A DNA stretch of 64,000 nucleotides from contig FLMG01000355.1 of assembly GCA_900088475.1 (NCBI GenBank), positions 62,001-126,000 of the forward strand, in the 5' to 3' direction. Under the pieces are notes generated by a model that did no database searches, had not been told where the DNA came from, and saw only the letters and a program-made list of their open reading frames with translations. This DNA is from Hyphochytrium catenoides. Its lineage: Eukaryota > Protista > Hyphochytriomycota. The translations under genes and the position numbers were made by a program. Of this stretch, positions 25,101 to 36,344 are shown in pieces (positions within the stretch are counted from its first letter, which is position 1; each line of letters opens with the position of its first letter).

Positions 25101-28100
25101 CGGTGAACGGAGGTTGGTCATCTTGGTCTGAATGGTCTGCTTGCACTGTTAGCTGTGGGGGTGGCAGTGAAATTCGCAGCAGAACTTGTACAAACCCGCC
25201 ACCTAGTGGCGGAGGTAATCCTTGCGACGGAAATTCTTCAGAGAGTAGGGTCTGCAACACACAACCATGCGTTGTCAATATCGGTAGGGCATGGAACCAA
25301 ATGATCGTAATCTGCTTTTGCGACTGATGACTTTACGTTTACAGATGGCGGCTACTCGGCGTGGAGTCCTTGGACTTCCTGCTCTTCTTCGTGTCCAAAC
25401 GATAGGGGTGGTATGTTTCCCGGAAATCGAACCCGGACTAGAACATGCACCAATCCCACGCCGTCCGCTGGAAGCAAGGATTGCCGTGCTCTAGGCCCGG
25501 CAATAGAAGTAACAGGCTGTAACCTTAGCCCTTGTCCCTTCCCATTGCCGCTATGCCCTCCCTATCCCAGAGGTAGCGACAGACTACATGCTCGCATCAT
25601 TCGTACATGAGCTAATCCGTGGATTGCAGGGACTCCGATGGCGTACCAACTCGCAGAGAAACCTGAGTGCTCTGGCCATGGAATCTGCACCCGGGAGCGT
25701 GGATGCACTATCAGCAATGGATGCGAATATTCCTGTATTTGCGGCGAGGGCTGGAACGGTGATGACTGCTCAATCAGTGATGCGGAAATGGAAGAGAGAC
25801 GCGCCATTAGGGAAAAGCTGCTGGAAGCCATGGTCTCCGCTTCTACCGCCATTGTAAGCTCTTTGACCCTGAGGCCACCCTCACTGAAACTCCTCCCTAA
25901 TGACTGGATATACCACAGGACCCTTCACCGCAAGCTTTGTCCCAGGGTGCCGATTCGCTACTAACTATCACTTCGTCGCCGAGGGAACTCAAGCCCGAGA
26001 CCACTTCCAAAGCACTAGATTTCGTGTCGAACCTAATCACGACGTCCGCTGCCATTAGTAATGTGCCAGAGCGAAGTACCGGAAACAATATCCTTAGTGC
26101 TGTGGGGAACATCTTCATGGCAACGATGCAAAACCGGCAATTACAAACCCAAAGCAGCATCAAGGGCCGACGGCGGTTGGAGGAAGGAGAATCTGGCCGC
26201 CTAAAGAGAGCCAGTGATGCTGTGCGAGGCGCCATCACTGGACTCGGTACATTATACCTTTCCAATGCTATACCCGGTGAAGAGCCAGTAGCCGTTCTCA
26301 GCGAGACACTAAGTCTCGTAGCGGCTAGATCCAACCTTGAAGGAGCAGGTAGGTATCGGCTGTTCCATACTGTGAGGCCTAACGCTAAGTGGCAAATTCC
26401 GACTACCTCTAGACCTCTCACTCACCGATGGTGGGAGCATCAAGATCCCGCAAACTGATTCCTCTCCAGGCTCAATGGACATCCAGGTGAGCTTCCTTTC
26501 GAGTGTTTATCTCGTACACTGTCTCAGAAGCTACTTCTGAATGACCTCCAGGCCGTTCAATGGGCTTCTAATCCAGTCTTTTGGAGCGCAAACAACGAAA
26601 CCCTGTCCTCGCCTGTCCTCACTATAACTATGGCGCCAACCGGGGTAAACGCAGACGAACAAGCAATGAAAGGCCTAAACACACCTATCCGGGTCCGTAT
26701 GGCTCTTAAGTATCTCCCACCAGGTACCGTCCTTCAGCTTGTGAAGCAGACAGACACATGCCTAATAGTATCCCCCTAAAGATGGGCCTCCTGACTGTCG
26801 GTATTGGGATAATGCCACGCAACAATGGATAAGCGAGGGTCTCATCCAGCGAGGGGTCACCATCGAGAGTGATGGGTCTTTCTACCTTGACTGTGAAACG
26901 ACCCACCTGACAGACTTCAGCTCGGCAGGTGCACCATTCCTTCCAGCCGTCAATCAGGTACGCGGAATGGCTTATACCTTTTCGCTCTCAGCATGGACAA
27001 ATTCCGAGAATAATTGCTGTGCTTAGGTTAACCCCATTGCAGATGCGGCTCTGTTGGCCAAGTACTCAGAGAACCCAAAACCTCTCATCATTCTATGTTC
27101 GGTACTGGGTGGCTTCATCTTATTCGGGTTGCTAGGCTATTGGGCGGATAGGAGAGACGCTAAGATCATTGAGGCGTTCATGGAGGAGACATACATGAAG
27201 CATGGATGCATCCGTGAGGACAATGACGCTGCAATCAAGGATCTTGGTGCTATTCGGGTCGACCTGAGAGTGCCACGGAGCGGACGCAATGGCCGAGATA
27301 AGAAAGAGCCGCCCAGCGCTAGCGTTTTGCCAAAACTGTGGGCTAACTGGATGGCCAGCATTAAGGCGATTCTGGTTACCTATCGGAAGAAGAGCAAATG
27401 GGTTAGCATTTTGGCTCCTCTACCGTCATCGCACGTAATGCTCACCAGACCTCAACGCATCCTTGTCCTATGCGGAACTGTCATGGTATCCTTTACGGTT
27501 AGTGCAGTCTTCCACGGCAAGAGGCAGAGTAAGATTGCGGCTATCGTGGCTGTCCCCATCTTTTCCATTCTTGCTATGGCACCAATAGAAAAAGGAATTG
27601 CGCTTGCCTATCGCAAGCTGCAGAGTCCAACGACGTCGATGACCCTTGCAAAGCGCAAGTCATCGAAGGTTAGCAAGAGCAAGAGGTTACCCGTCAAGAA
27701 AATCTCAACGATGAACCAAAAGAAGGTTGTTGCCATCACCACTGAGAGCGAATCCCCTCAACAACTAGAGCTTTCCGTGCAACCGGAGTTAGATAGAAAT
27801 CGACCGCCGCCGCACAATGACAGTCTAAAGGAGCTAGCTATTGATGCTCGGTTTCCCAAGGAGTGGAATACACAGACAAGTCTTACGAAGAAGAAGTACA
27901 CAGCAGTCGGCGGTCCTCCGATAGCTCAAGAAGTGCCAGCCACCACTACTTCGCGGGTGAACCTGGCGTCGATCAAAGTATCTAGGACTTCACGTTTAGT
28001 CCTTGAAGCAGGGGAAGAGGTGAAAGACTATGGCGATGTACTAGAGAAGCTACGGATAGAAGACCTTGGCTTTCCCAAGCGATTGTTGGCAGCGGTAAAG

Positions 28101-29138
28101 GTCGTTAACATATTCTTCATCGTTCTGGACTTCTGTGCATTCGGAATAGCTCTATACATGGCAATTGATCCGGAGGCCGCTGAGGGATACGCCGGCTATT
28201 TTGCATTTATTCCAGGTCTTCTAGGTCTCTGTGCCATCTCCACACACATTTACGGAGTGATTGTACTCAGACGCCATCATTCTCTTAACATCGGGATCTA
28301 CTCATTATCACAACTTATCTTAGCCGGAGCTATGGGTTGTATGGCTCTGGTGTCATACTTGATCACCAGCGTCACTTATTTTAGAGAGCTAAGTCTTACG
28401 CAGATTGGCCAGGCTTGGAGAGGTGCGCTAAATAATCAATCCGCTGCTCTCGCGAGTGGGAACACCAAGGATGATGGCACTCCTCTCTGGATAGAAGGGC
28501 TGCAAAAGCTTCTTAACTGCTGTGGTTTTGATGGCGACGACTTCATCAATGAGGAATATGCGGGCAGAAGTATGTGTCCATCCGACCCAGATGGGCACTG
28601 TGGACCTTTGTTGATGAACCTCTTTCAGGATCTCATTTTCCCTTTGCAGACTGGCCTGTGGGTGTCAGGGTGTGCTTTCGTTGCGTACACCTTACTCCTG
28701 CAGCTTCTTGCAGTGCGGTTATATAAAGCACAAAAGGTTCGACGGCAGCTTGAGAAGGAAGTCCAACAAGGGCTTACTGAGAGAGATCTGCTGCCAGATG
28801 GCAGAGCTATCACGCCAGGCATTCAAGCTTCTGCCATCAAGATTCAAACACAGTACCGAACCTATCAGGCTCAGAAAAAAGTCAACCGACTTCGAGAAAT
28901 CAGAGGGTGGAAGCAGCATATGAAGCGCCAGAGGAGCCTACTCTTCCTGATATATGCCACAGCCATCGCAATAATTGCGATGTGCTTCTATATCAACCTG
29001 ATATTTGGAGTAAAGTTCACGCCTGAGCAAGCCGACCAATGGCTACTGAGCTCACTTATCTCAATGGCCGTGGACATGTTCCTTAAGGAACCCGTTGTGA
29101 CCTTCTTTGTGGCAGTTAAAAATCTCTATATAAGGTGA
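13193..29138 (+). CDS. Giant polycystin-1/REJ-GAIN family membrane protein (~4,900-5,000 aa, ~16 short introns): signal peptide, unassigned repeats, REJ, EGF, 2x TSP1, EGF, GAIN/GPS, PKD-type TM1-3, embedded tetraspanin, IQ, PKD-type TM4-5
   Basis: Consecutive long + strand ORFs are separated by ~60-nt GT-AG introns. REJ-type VLTGPTTLGLCEDLRLDAS...FTWS and VNAPPTSG; TSP1 GGWSSWSEWSACTVSCGGG; GPS CRYWD...WISEGL...CETTHLTDF; PKD1-type WVSIL...LTRPQR and FGVKF...WLLS...DMFLKEP. Confidence 0.88.
22936..24795 (+). other. REJ (PKD/REJ-like) domain region of the giant receptor
   Basis: Typical REJ beta-sandwich segments: LRLDASLSRGGGGRTMLFTWS, IDGKPSYDPD...FNWSC, LVPGSTYTFSL, VNAPPTSGFITVVPVEG...TTFSI...W.DD..DFPLSY, YISDVLGAST. 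Confidence 0.8.
25000..25770 (+). other. EGF - TSP1 - TSP1 - EGF-like cassette between REJ and GAIN
   Basis: CKGVDCGRQGSCSEGSCVCLNSFTGPTC; VNGGWSSWSEWSACTVSCGGGSEIRSRTCTNP; DGGYSAWSPWTSCSSSC...RTRTRTCTNP; CSGHGIC...CICGEGWNGDDC. Confidence 0.88.
26769..26957 (+). other. Exon encoding the GPS motif of the GAIN domain (HL|T autoproteolysis site at 26904-26912); not in the ORF track
   Basis: Manual translation YPPKDGPPDCRYWDNATQQWISEGLIQRGVTIESDGSFYLDCETTHLTDFSSAG, flanked by ...aatag and gtacgc splice sites. Confidence 0.9.
28077..28724 (+). other. Tetraspanin-like 4-TM module embedded in the polycystin ORF
   Basis: KRLL..VNIFF (TM1), TM2, IYSLSQLIL (TM3), large loop WIEGLQKLLNCCG...C...GHC, and TM4 with a polar Q (LLLQLLAV). 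Confidence 0.8.
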
Positions 29139-29261
29139 TGCGCTAGGCCGGCAAAGACCCCTTTCGGCTGGATTGCACTTGCGATGGAGATACTAACAAT
29201 GTCAACAGTTCAATGTTAAGAGTAGCAAAGGTTCCACTCAGTAAAAACTTGAGACCCCTGC

Positions 29262-31159
29262 CTATCGAGCGCTTGAGCCGAGGGTTCTCTTGTCATAAGA
29301 ATATAAGCTATGCACACTTCCCTCCCTTTGTGCCGCAGGCGTCCTCAATTCAAAGCATAGGTCGCCAGAAATAAGGCGCCCATGAAGGTCCTTCACGCTC
29401 CTTGAACCTGCGTCTTGGATGCCATGCTTGATACCCTGTACCAAGTAAGGAATATATTTCTTTAAAGAACCCTTGTCCACCACAGAGCCACTGACTCCTT
29501 GTGCCACCTTAACCTGGCTATTCTGGGCAAAATAGCGAGTGGACGAGCCCTTCGTCATCGCCTCAATCGAGCCCATGCCTCTGTATTTCTTGACGCGCAC
29601 ACCATCCTGGAAAAAGTACTGACCCGGTGCCTCTTCAGTGCCAGCGAAAAGAGATCCACACATAGCCACAGATGCTCCCTGAAAACAGCTATTAGAGATG
29701 GGTTCAAACTCTCATGACGAGCAACCTACCAGTGCTAGAGCTTTCACAACGTGACCAGAACTGCTAATACCGCCGTCTGCAATAATGGGAATGCCATACT
29801 TGCGTCCGAGTCGAGACGTGTTGAAAACGGCGGACGCTTGAGCTCTTCCCACAGCACAGACCTCTTGCGTAGTGCAGATGGAGCCAATACCCATTCCGAC
29901 TCGTAGACCATCTACTCCAGCCTTGATGAGGTGAAGCGCCTGAGAGGAGGTAACTACGTTGCCTCCAATAACGTCAAGCTTTGGGTACTTTGCCTTCACC
30001 CATTTTATCAAGTCTAGCTGAAATCTGTCCAGGAGCTGACTTTAAAAGCTACGCTTCTATAAAACTCAATAAAGGACGTACACTGAGTCACCCTGAGAGG
30101 AGTCAATGACTAGCACATCGACACCAGCTTCCACCAGAGCATCCACGCGAACCCTGTCATGTTCTCTCGTCCCAACTGATGCGCCAACAAGCAGCTGCAA
30201 GTTAACAAGACAAAGTGGAAGGCTGAGTTCGAACAGGATAACAAACGGAAGTGTAGTTCGTACTTGCTTGTTACGGTCCTTGGAAGCTAGAGGAAAATCT
30301 CGAGCTTTGGTTATGTCACTCCTTGATATCAGCGCGACGAGTTCTCCCTTATCATTGACAATTGGGAGCTTTCCTTTCTTGCTCTTCTTCAGTATCTGTA
30401 TAAATCTGTTGGCACTTCGAAAGAAATATTTTAGGTAGCACGCACGTGATTACCTCGTTTGCCTGTGGAAGGGTGCACTGCTCCTGGGCAGTAACAAGGT
30501 CTGAGATCATGACCTCTGACAGCTTAATGGTACGATCCTCGTGGAAGTCGATATCCCTGCTGGTCACAATGCCCACCAACTTGCTGCCAATCTTGCCATC
30601 TACTGTTATAGGAATGCCGGCGAAGCCATGTGTAGCTTTTATGTTGTCTACGTCTGCCAGGGTGTGATCGGGCCTGCAAGTGTGATAGATTATGACCGAG
30701 AAACAAACGCTCAAGCTTTGATAAGACCATCTTACGAGAGGCACATAGGGTCCGTGATAAATCCATTCTTGAACTTCTTCACCTTCCGGACCTGCGCGTG
30801 CAAAGATTAACCTGCGAAGCTTTATTTTATATTTTCCAACCCAAGCCTACCTCTCGACTTTGTTCTTCCACAGTCATGTTATAGTGAATGATGCCAATGC
30901 CACCATGAAGGGCCATTTGGATAGCCATCGCATGTTCAGTTACTGTGTCCATGGGTGAGCTCACCAGAGGCAGCTGAAGGGAGATATTCTTGGTCAAGCG
31001 GGTTTCGAGAGATACATCCTCCACTGGGAACTCCACATGTCCAGGCATCAGTATAATATCGTCATAGGTGTAGCTAATGTGGTGCGGGTTCTTCACGAAG
31101 ATGGCCTCTGCACTGTACCCATCTGGTCCAGCAATCGGTTGATCGTCGTAACTGGCCAT
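29262..31159 (-). CDS. IMPDH: Inosine-5'-monophosphate dehydrogenase with CBS subdomain; multi-exon
   Basis: [35 protein letters not shown] region [12 protein letters not shown], catalytic [34 protein letters not shown]. Confidence 0.97.
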
Positions 31160-31538
31160 GATGAGCTGTTCAGTGGGATGTCTCTTAAGGCTATCTCGTG
31201 CCAAATGAGGGCCAGGGATGATGCAACTTCCTGCTAGTTATGCCTCAGGTTGGACGAGATTGCCCTTGGATGGCCCCTGCATTAGCAATGCGCGCTTTCT
31301 CTGAAAAGAGTTGAAGAAGATTATTGCTGCAGGCAGAGTGTCAAGCAAGTTGCAGAGAAAGACAGCTCCATCATTGTTCTTACAGCGTCATCAAAGGGGC
31401 AAAAAGGAATGGAGAAGAGAACGCGCCACACAGAGTGTGCAACCAAATCGGCTAATCACTGATAACAGAGGCGTTAATCCAGGATAGAGAGCTCCTCGGT
31501 ACTTATACCCACAGAGGATATCCTGCCTCAAGCAAGAA

Positions 31539-31586
<48 letters not shown>

Positions 31587-31611
31587 ACGTGTTCGATCCA
31601 CGTTCGTGGCA
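31539..31611 (+). tRNA. trnF-GAA: tRNA-Phe (GAA), intronless
   Basis: GCCGCGA/TCGTGGC acceptor stem, D-arm TAGCTCAGTTGGGAGAGC, anticodon loop CTGAAGA, T-arm GTTCGATC, and a downstream T-run Pol III terminator. Confidence 0.97.
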
Positions 31612-32091
31612 AACATTTTTGCTCCATAATAATGGTGGGGTTCTGTCTATCCAAAGGTAAATGGGAGTTACACACTTCCTTTTGTCTGCTTCACACAACC
31701 AATTTTCGGGAACAGTTTCTGTACTCTGTAAAAAAAGATCTCATCAGAATCTAGGAAGGGAAGGCTTTCCTTGCGAACGCTGTCCAAGAGTTCTACCGTG
31801 AATTTAGTGTAAAGTTTTAGATGTTCCTTCTTCCAAGATCCAGAGGATCCTTGATGAAGATCCAGATTCCTCGGGGGATCTTTCGCATACCTAGCGGTCT
31901 TGCTGAGGGGGAGCTAAGGTGTTCTAAGTGAGTCCAGGTCAGGACGGGGGTCGCTTGTACTTCTTCTGTTGTCGCCATTCCTCCTTTAATTGCTCACAGT
32001 TGCAAATTCAGACGGGAACAACGAAGTTGCAGCGCCGTAACATATCAGCGACGGACTTATTGGATCTGCTAGAGTCTTCTTAGAAAGGCCA

Positions 32092-33764
32092 ATGAACCGT
32101 GCCAACAGTTTGGTCCACGCTTTTTCGGCGCAAAGACTGGCATTCCAAAGGTCAAATTTGAGCCCATCCTATTTGCCTGTCTTGGGCTTGTTGCGCGTGC
32201 ACGGACTTCGTCCTGTAGATCGCAGGCAATCGTCAAGAAAGGCTACATCAACCAGCTCCAGAATGTCAGAAAGCTTTCGGGAGGAACACGATACCTTCGG
32301 ACCGATCAAGGTCCCTGCCTCCAAATATTGGGGGGCACAGACCCAACGCTCCCTTCAGAATTTTAACATTGGTGGGCAGCTTGAGAGAATGCCGGAGCCA
32401 CTTATTCATGCATTTGCAGTGCTCAAGAAGGCTTCTGCATCCGTGAACCTGCGCCATAAACTGCTGGATGAGAGCATGGCGAATGCAATTATCAAGGCTG
32501 CGGATGAGGTCATCGCCGGGCGGTGGGCGGACCAATTTCCGCTGGTCGTCTGGCAAACAGGTTCCGGCACGCAAACGAATATGAACGTCAATGAAGTCAT
32601 TGCTAATCGGGCGATGGAGCTTCTGGGGACTCCTCTCGGAGAGAAGAAATCTGGGAACGCAGTGATACATCCAAATGACCATGTTAACAAAGGACAGTCT
32701 TCCAATGATTCCTTCCCGACAGCGATGCACGTTGCTGCGGTCTCAGAAATTCATAAGTCCTTGCTGCCTGCTCTTGTACTTCTACACAAGGAGTTACAAC
32801 GCCTGTCCGAACAGTTCAGTCATATAATAAAAATTGGACGGACTCATTTACAGGATGCGACACCTCTAACACTAGGTATGGTCATGAAGCTATCCTCTTT
32901 TCTATGTGCAGTACATCACGAATCCGTTTCTTGTTGTTCACAACAGGCCAAGAGTTCTCAGGCTACGCTCAGCAGGTAGCAAATGGGATAGAAAGAGTAA
33001 AAGGCGTCTTGCCCCGCCTATCTCTTCTGGCACAGGGAGGCACTGCGGTCGGGACAGGCCTGAACAGTTTTAAGGGCTTCGATGAGGAGGTTGCGGCGGA
33101 AATCTCAAACATAACAAAGCTATCCTTCAAGACTGCGCCCAACAAGTTTGAGGCTCTTGCGGCGCATGATGCCTTGGTGGAGACAAGTGGTGCTCTTAAC
33201 ACGCTGGCAACATCCTTGATGAAGATAGCAAATGACATCCGCTTCCTAGCGTCTGGACCGCGGTGTGGCCTTGGAGAGCTCTCCCTTCCTGAAAATGAAC
33301 CTGGCTCATCAATCATGCCAGGCAAAGTTAACCCGACGCAATGTGAGGCGATGACAATGGTGTGTGCCCAGGTATTTGGTAACCACATGGCAGTTACGGT
33401 GGGCGGAAGTAATGGCCATTTTGAGCTGAACGTCTTTAAACCCCTGATCATACGCAACGTTCTCCACTCCATCCGTCTTCTTGCGGATGCTTCAGTCTCA
33501 TTCACCAAAAATTGTGTCAGCGGCATCCATGCGAACGAGGAGCATATTCGAGGCACGATGTACAAGTCTCTGATGCTTGTCACTGCCCTTAATCCTCACA
33601 TCGGGTATGAAAACGCTGCTAAGGTCGCCAAAAAGGCGCACAAAGATGGAACAACCCTGAAAGAGGCGGCCGTTGCTCTCAGCCTCCTTACCTCAGATCA
33701 ATTTGACGAATGGGTCAAGCCAGAGAAGATGCTTGGACCAGAACAACGTTCTTCTAAAGAGTGA
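32092..33764 (+). CDS. FH: Class II fumarate hydratase with N-terminal mitochondrial presequence; one intron (~32876-32946)
   Basis: [54 protein letters not shown], signature [11 protein letters not shown]. The N-terminal extension is Arg/Ser-rich. Confidence 0.97.
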
Positions 33765-35734
33765 GCTTCAGATGGTATCAGCCCCGCTACTAGCCGCCAC
33801 GTAAATAGCGTGTTGGTTGGTCAGAACCCACAAGTAGTGTTTGCATTAAGTTGAGAATAGTCCTCTATTCAATACCCTCTTTTAGTTGAAAGCTCACAGC
33901 CTTCCGCCAGCGTAACTATTTCTTACAGCATGGTCCCGTGGCGCCATCACTGCTAATAATAAGGTACAAGACACCTACCTTCGATTGTTATTTCTTCATT
34001 GCCAGCGCCAACGTACCGTACCAGTTCCAGTGCCCTTTGATAGCACCTGGATGCTACTACTCAATCTTCCATGATGCTACCTTACCTAAGTCACGTACAA
34101 AGTACTAGCATACAAGGTAAACCTAACCCGAGCTGACGCTGCCAGGATGTAGAGTGACCTTTTGACTCAGCGTGCAATACGCATCTTCTGATACTGTCTT
34201 TGCGGCACGAGACAGGATTTGACCATGTGGAATGGCGAGGAAAGAAACCTGTCACACAAACAGCGCTTCTACCCTTCATACGCTATCCAGTAGAGGTCTT
34301 TAATAGCTAAGCAGGTTCCCTGCTTTATTCAGGACAGCAAGAGCTTCGGAAACATGGCTTTTCTCTGCTGTGCCACTCATATGTCGTTTCAGGCCCTCAG
34401 GTATTTTAGTCCTGTCTCTTTCGGCACCAGACACGAATTCACCATGCATGCACAGGCGAAAAGACCCTCTCATAAGGTGCTTTCTCCACCTTGTGCGCGA
34501 TCAGGTAGGTCCTTAATGGCTAAGCAGGGGAGAAGCTTCTAAACGCTGGCTCTCCTATTTACGTGCCCACTACTATTGGTCATTTCAGGTTCTCTGACGA
34601 GGAGGCTACTTGGAGCTTTCATCGTCGGTCGAATCGTTGAAGCCGAGCACTGTTAGAGGTACATAAGGGGGTCGGCAGCAGGTATATTGTAGTCTCCAAG
34701 CTTCGGGCCGCCAGACGAGACTTCACCTAGATAGAATCTAGAGTGTTGCTCAAAAGGCTGGAATCGAGTGTCAGAGGTACATAACGAGGCCTGGCGCGAA
34801 AAAAGCTGTGGGAGACCTAAAGATCATAAGGCCGGAACAAACTTACTAACAACAAGCAAAGCCTTCTTGGGGGCTAGCCGGGATACATGCAGGAATGAAA
34901 AAAGCGCTCTCATCACAACTCGGCAACAATGGACATATTTCTTAGGGTTAGGGTCAGAGTTAGCTCTTCGTCCTTGGCTCTTTTTTTTTTTATGTAGCAG
35001 CTGCTTCCTGGCAGATAGACAGCTTCCGCAGCTCCGCTCCCTCCTGTCAGCTTCCCGGACCAAGCTCAACCTGTGAAAAAGGAAAGATCAGTCCTCGCCC
35101 ACCGTTAAGTACAAATGAACAATGTGACACACTCTCGAACACTGTGAAGAACCAGAGTCCATGCAAGAACAGCAGGTGCCCTAACTAATAATGCTGGAAT
35201 TCTATATATAGCAATACACCATGGGGTTAGACCTTACTGTTTCTCCTCCTAGAGGAAGATCATTGTGGAACTGAGGTTGAAGGTCCGTTTTCTCACATTG
35301 GCTAGGATCTCGGAGGTTCTCCCTTCTACAGTAGTAGTTCTATGCAATCCTTGGCTCGCCTCCTCACAGCAGTAAGAACCACTGTTGTTATTACAGGAAC
35401 CTGGCTTTGAAGAGGACGATGGGTAGTTCCTAGGAGGGGATGATGGGACACATCAGAACACATGGAGATAGAGTGGATGGGCAAAGATGATGGGGACCAC
35501 AGGAGTGTTAAGGCGGATGATCCTACCCGCCTCGTTATTCACAAGAAAATGAGAAAATGGAAGAAGAAACCTTTGATGGTGAGATGTTGTCAATGATGAC
35601 GTTTCTTCAGTCCACGCGATTGCTTCAAGAAAGGTGCCGCCAGAACTTCTTTACCCAGCTAGCACAGAATCTTCAAACTCTGAGCTTCACGAATCACATG
35701 TCAGCACAAAGCACTGTCATTAAGCTACCGAAGG

Positions 35735-35822
35735 AGGTAGATAATAACCAACAGCCAGCAGCAGCCTTCAACCACACAAGAGGTAGATAACCAACAGCCA
35801 GCAGCAGCCTTCAGTCACACAT
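35735..35822. repeat. Imperfect ~45-bp tandem duplication in intergenic DNA
   Basis: aggtagataataaccaacagccagcagcagccttcaaccacacaag followed by aggtagataaccaacagccagcagcagccttcagtcacaca. Confidence 0.9.
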
Positions 35823-36344
35823 CATCCCGGCAGAAAAGCGTGAGGCTTTAGCAGCTTTTGTTCCCAAAGAGAGAGATGCTTACCGCTACGGTGGCACGGG
35901 GTGCTGTCCCTGCGATGGCAATGACTGCTGCAAGCGTGTGCCTTGTAGGGACCGTTTCAAAAGAAGTTCAACTCCGAAAGATAACAAAGAAGAAGGGTTT
36001 GAATAAGGAACTCAGTGCGGGAAAGTCACCTCGAGGAGACCTTGCTTCTGGTTGGAGAGGCTGCAGATAAAAGCTAAAACCAGGCCACACGCTGTCTCTC
36101 TTATCCTACACTGCCAATCGGTCTGTATCAGAGGCCTAAGGTAGTACAAACGCGGGCGCAGATCTGTCAATGCAATGTGGCATCCACTCAGCTGAGGTGC
36201 CAGGTGGTACTGCTCGGTGAAGCTTTATTTATTATGGACATATTGTAGCATAGTTAGGCTTAAGGTGATGGAGGGGATGGGTTTTCCTCCAAGCTTGTTA
36301 TGAAGCATGGCCCTAGTCGGCTTTTTTATAAAGTTAATTACAGC

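Noticed and set aside
13324-28919. Numerous antisense and alternative-frame ORFs over the giant receptor gene (also over fumarase and IMPDH)
   Set aside because: Shadows of long coding sequence, with no motifs or independent splice structure.
13193-29138. Interpreting the long + strand ORFs as several separate genes
   Set aside because: The gaps are ~50-80 nt with GT...AG ends, domains and repeats run across junctions, and there is only one signal peptide and one TM region. cDNA confirmation is still needed.
35735-35822. Direct repeats as a CRISPR-like array
   Set aside because: Only two adjacent copies with no spacers, in a eukaryotic context with no cas genes.
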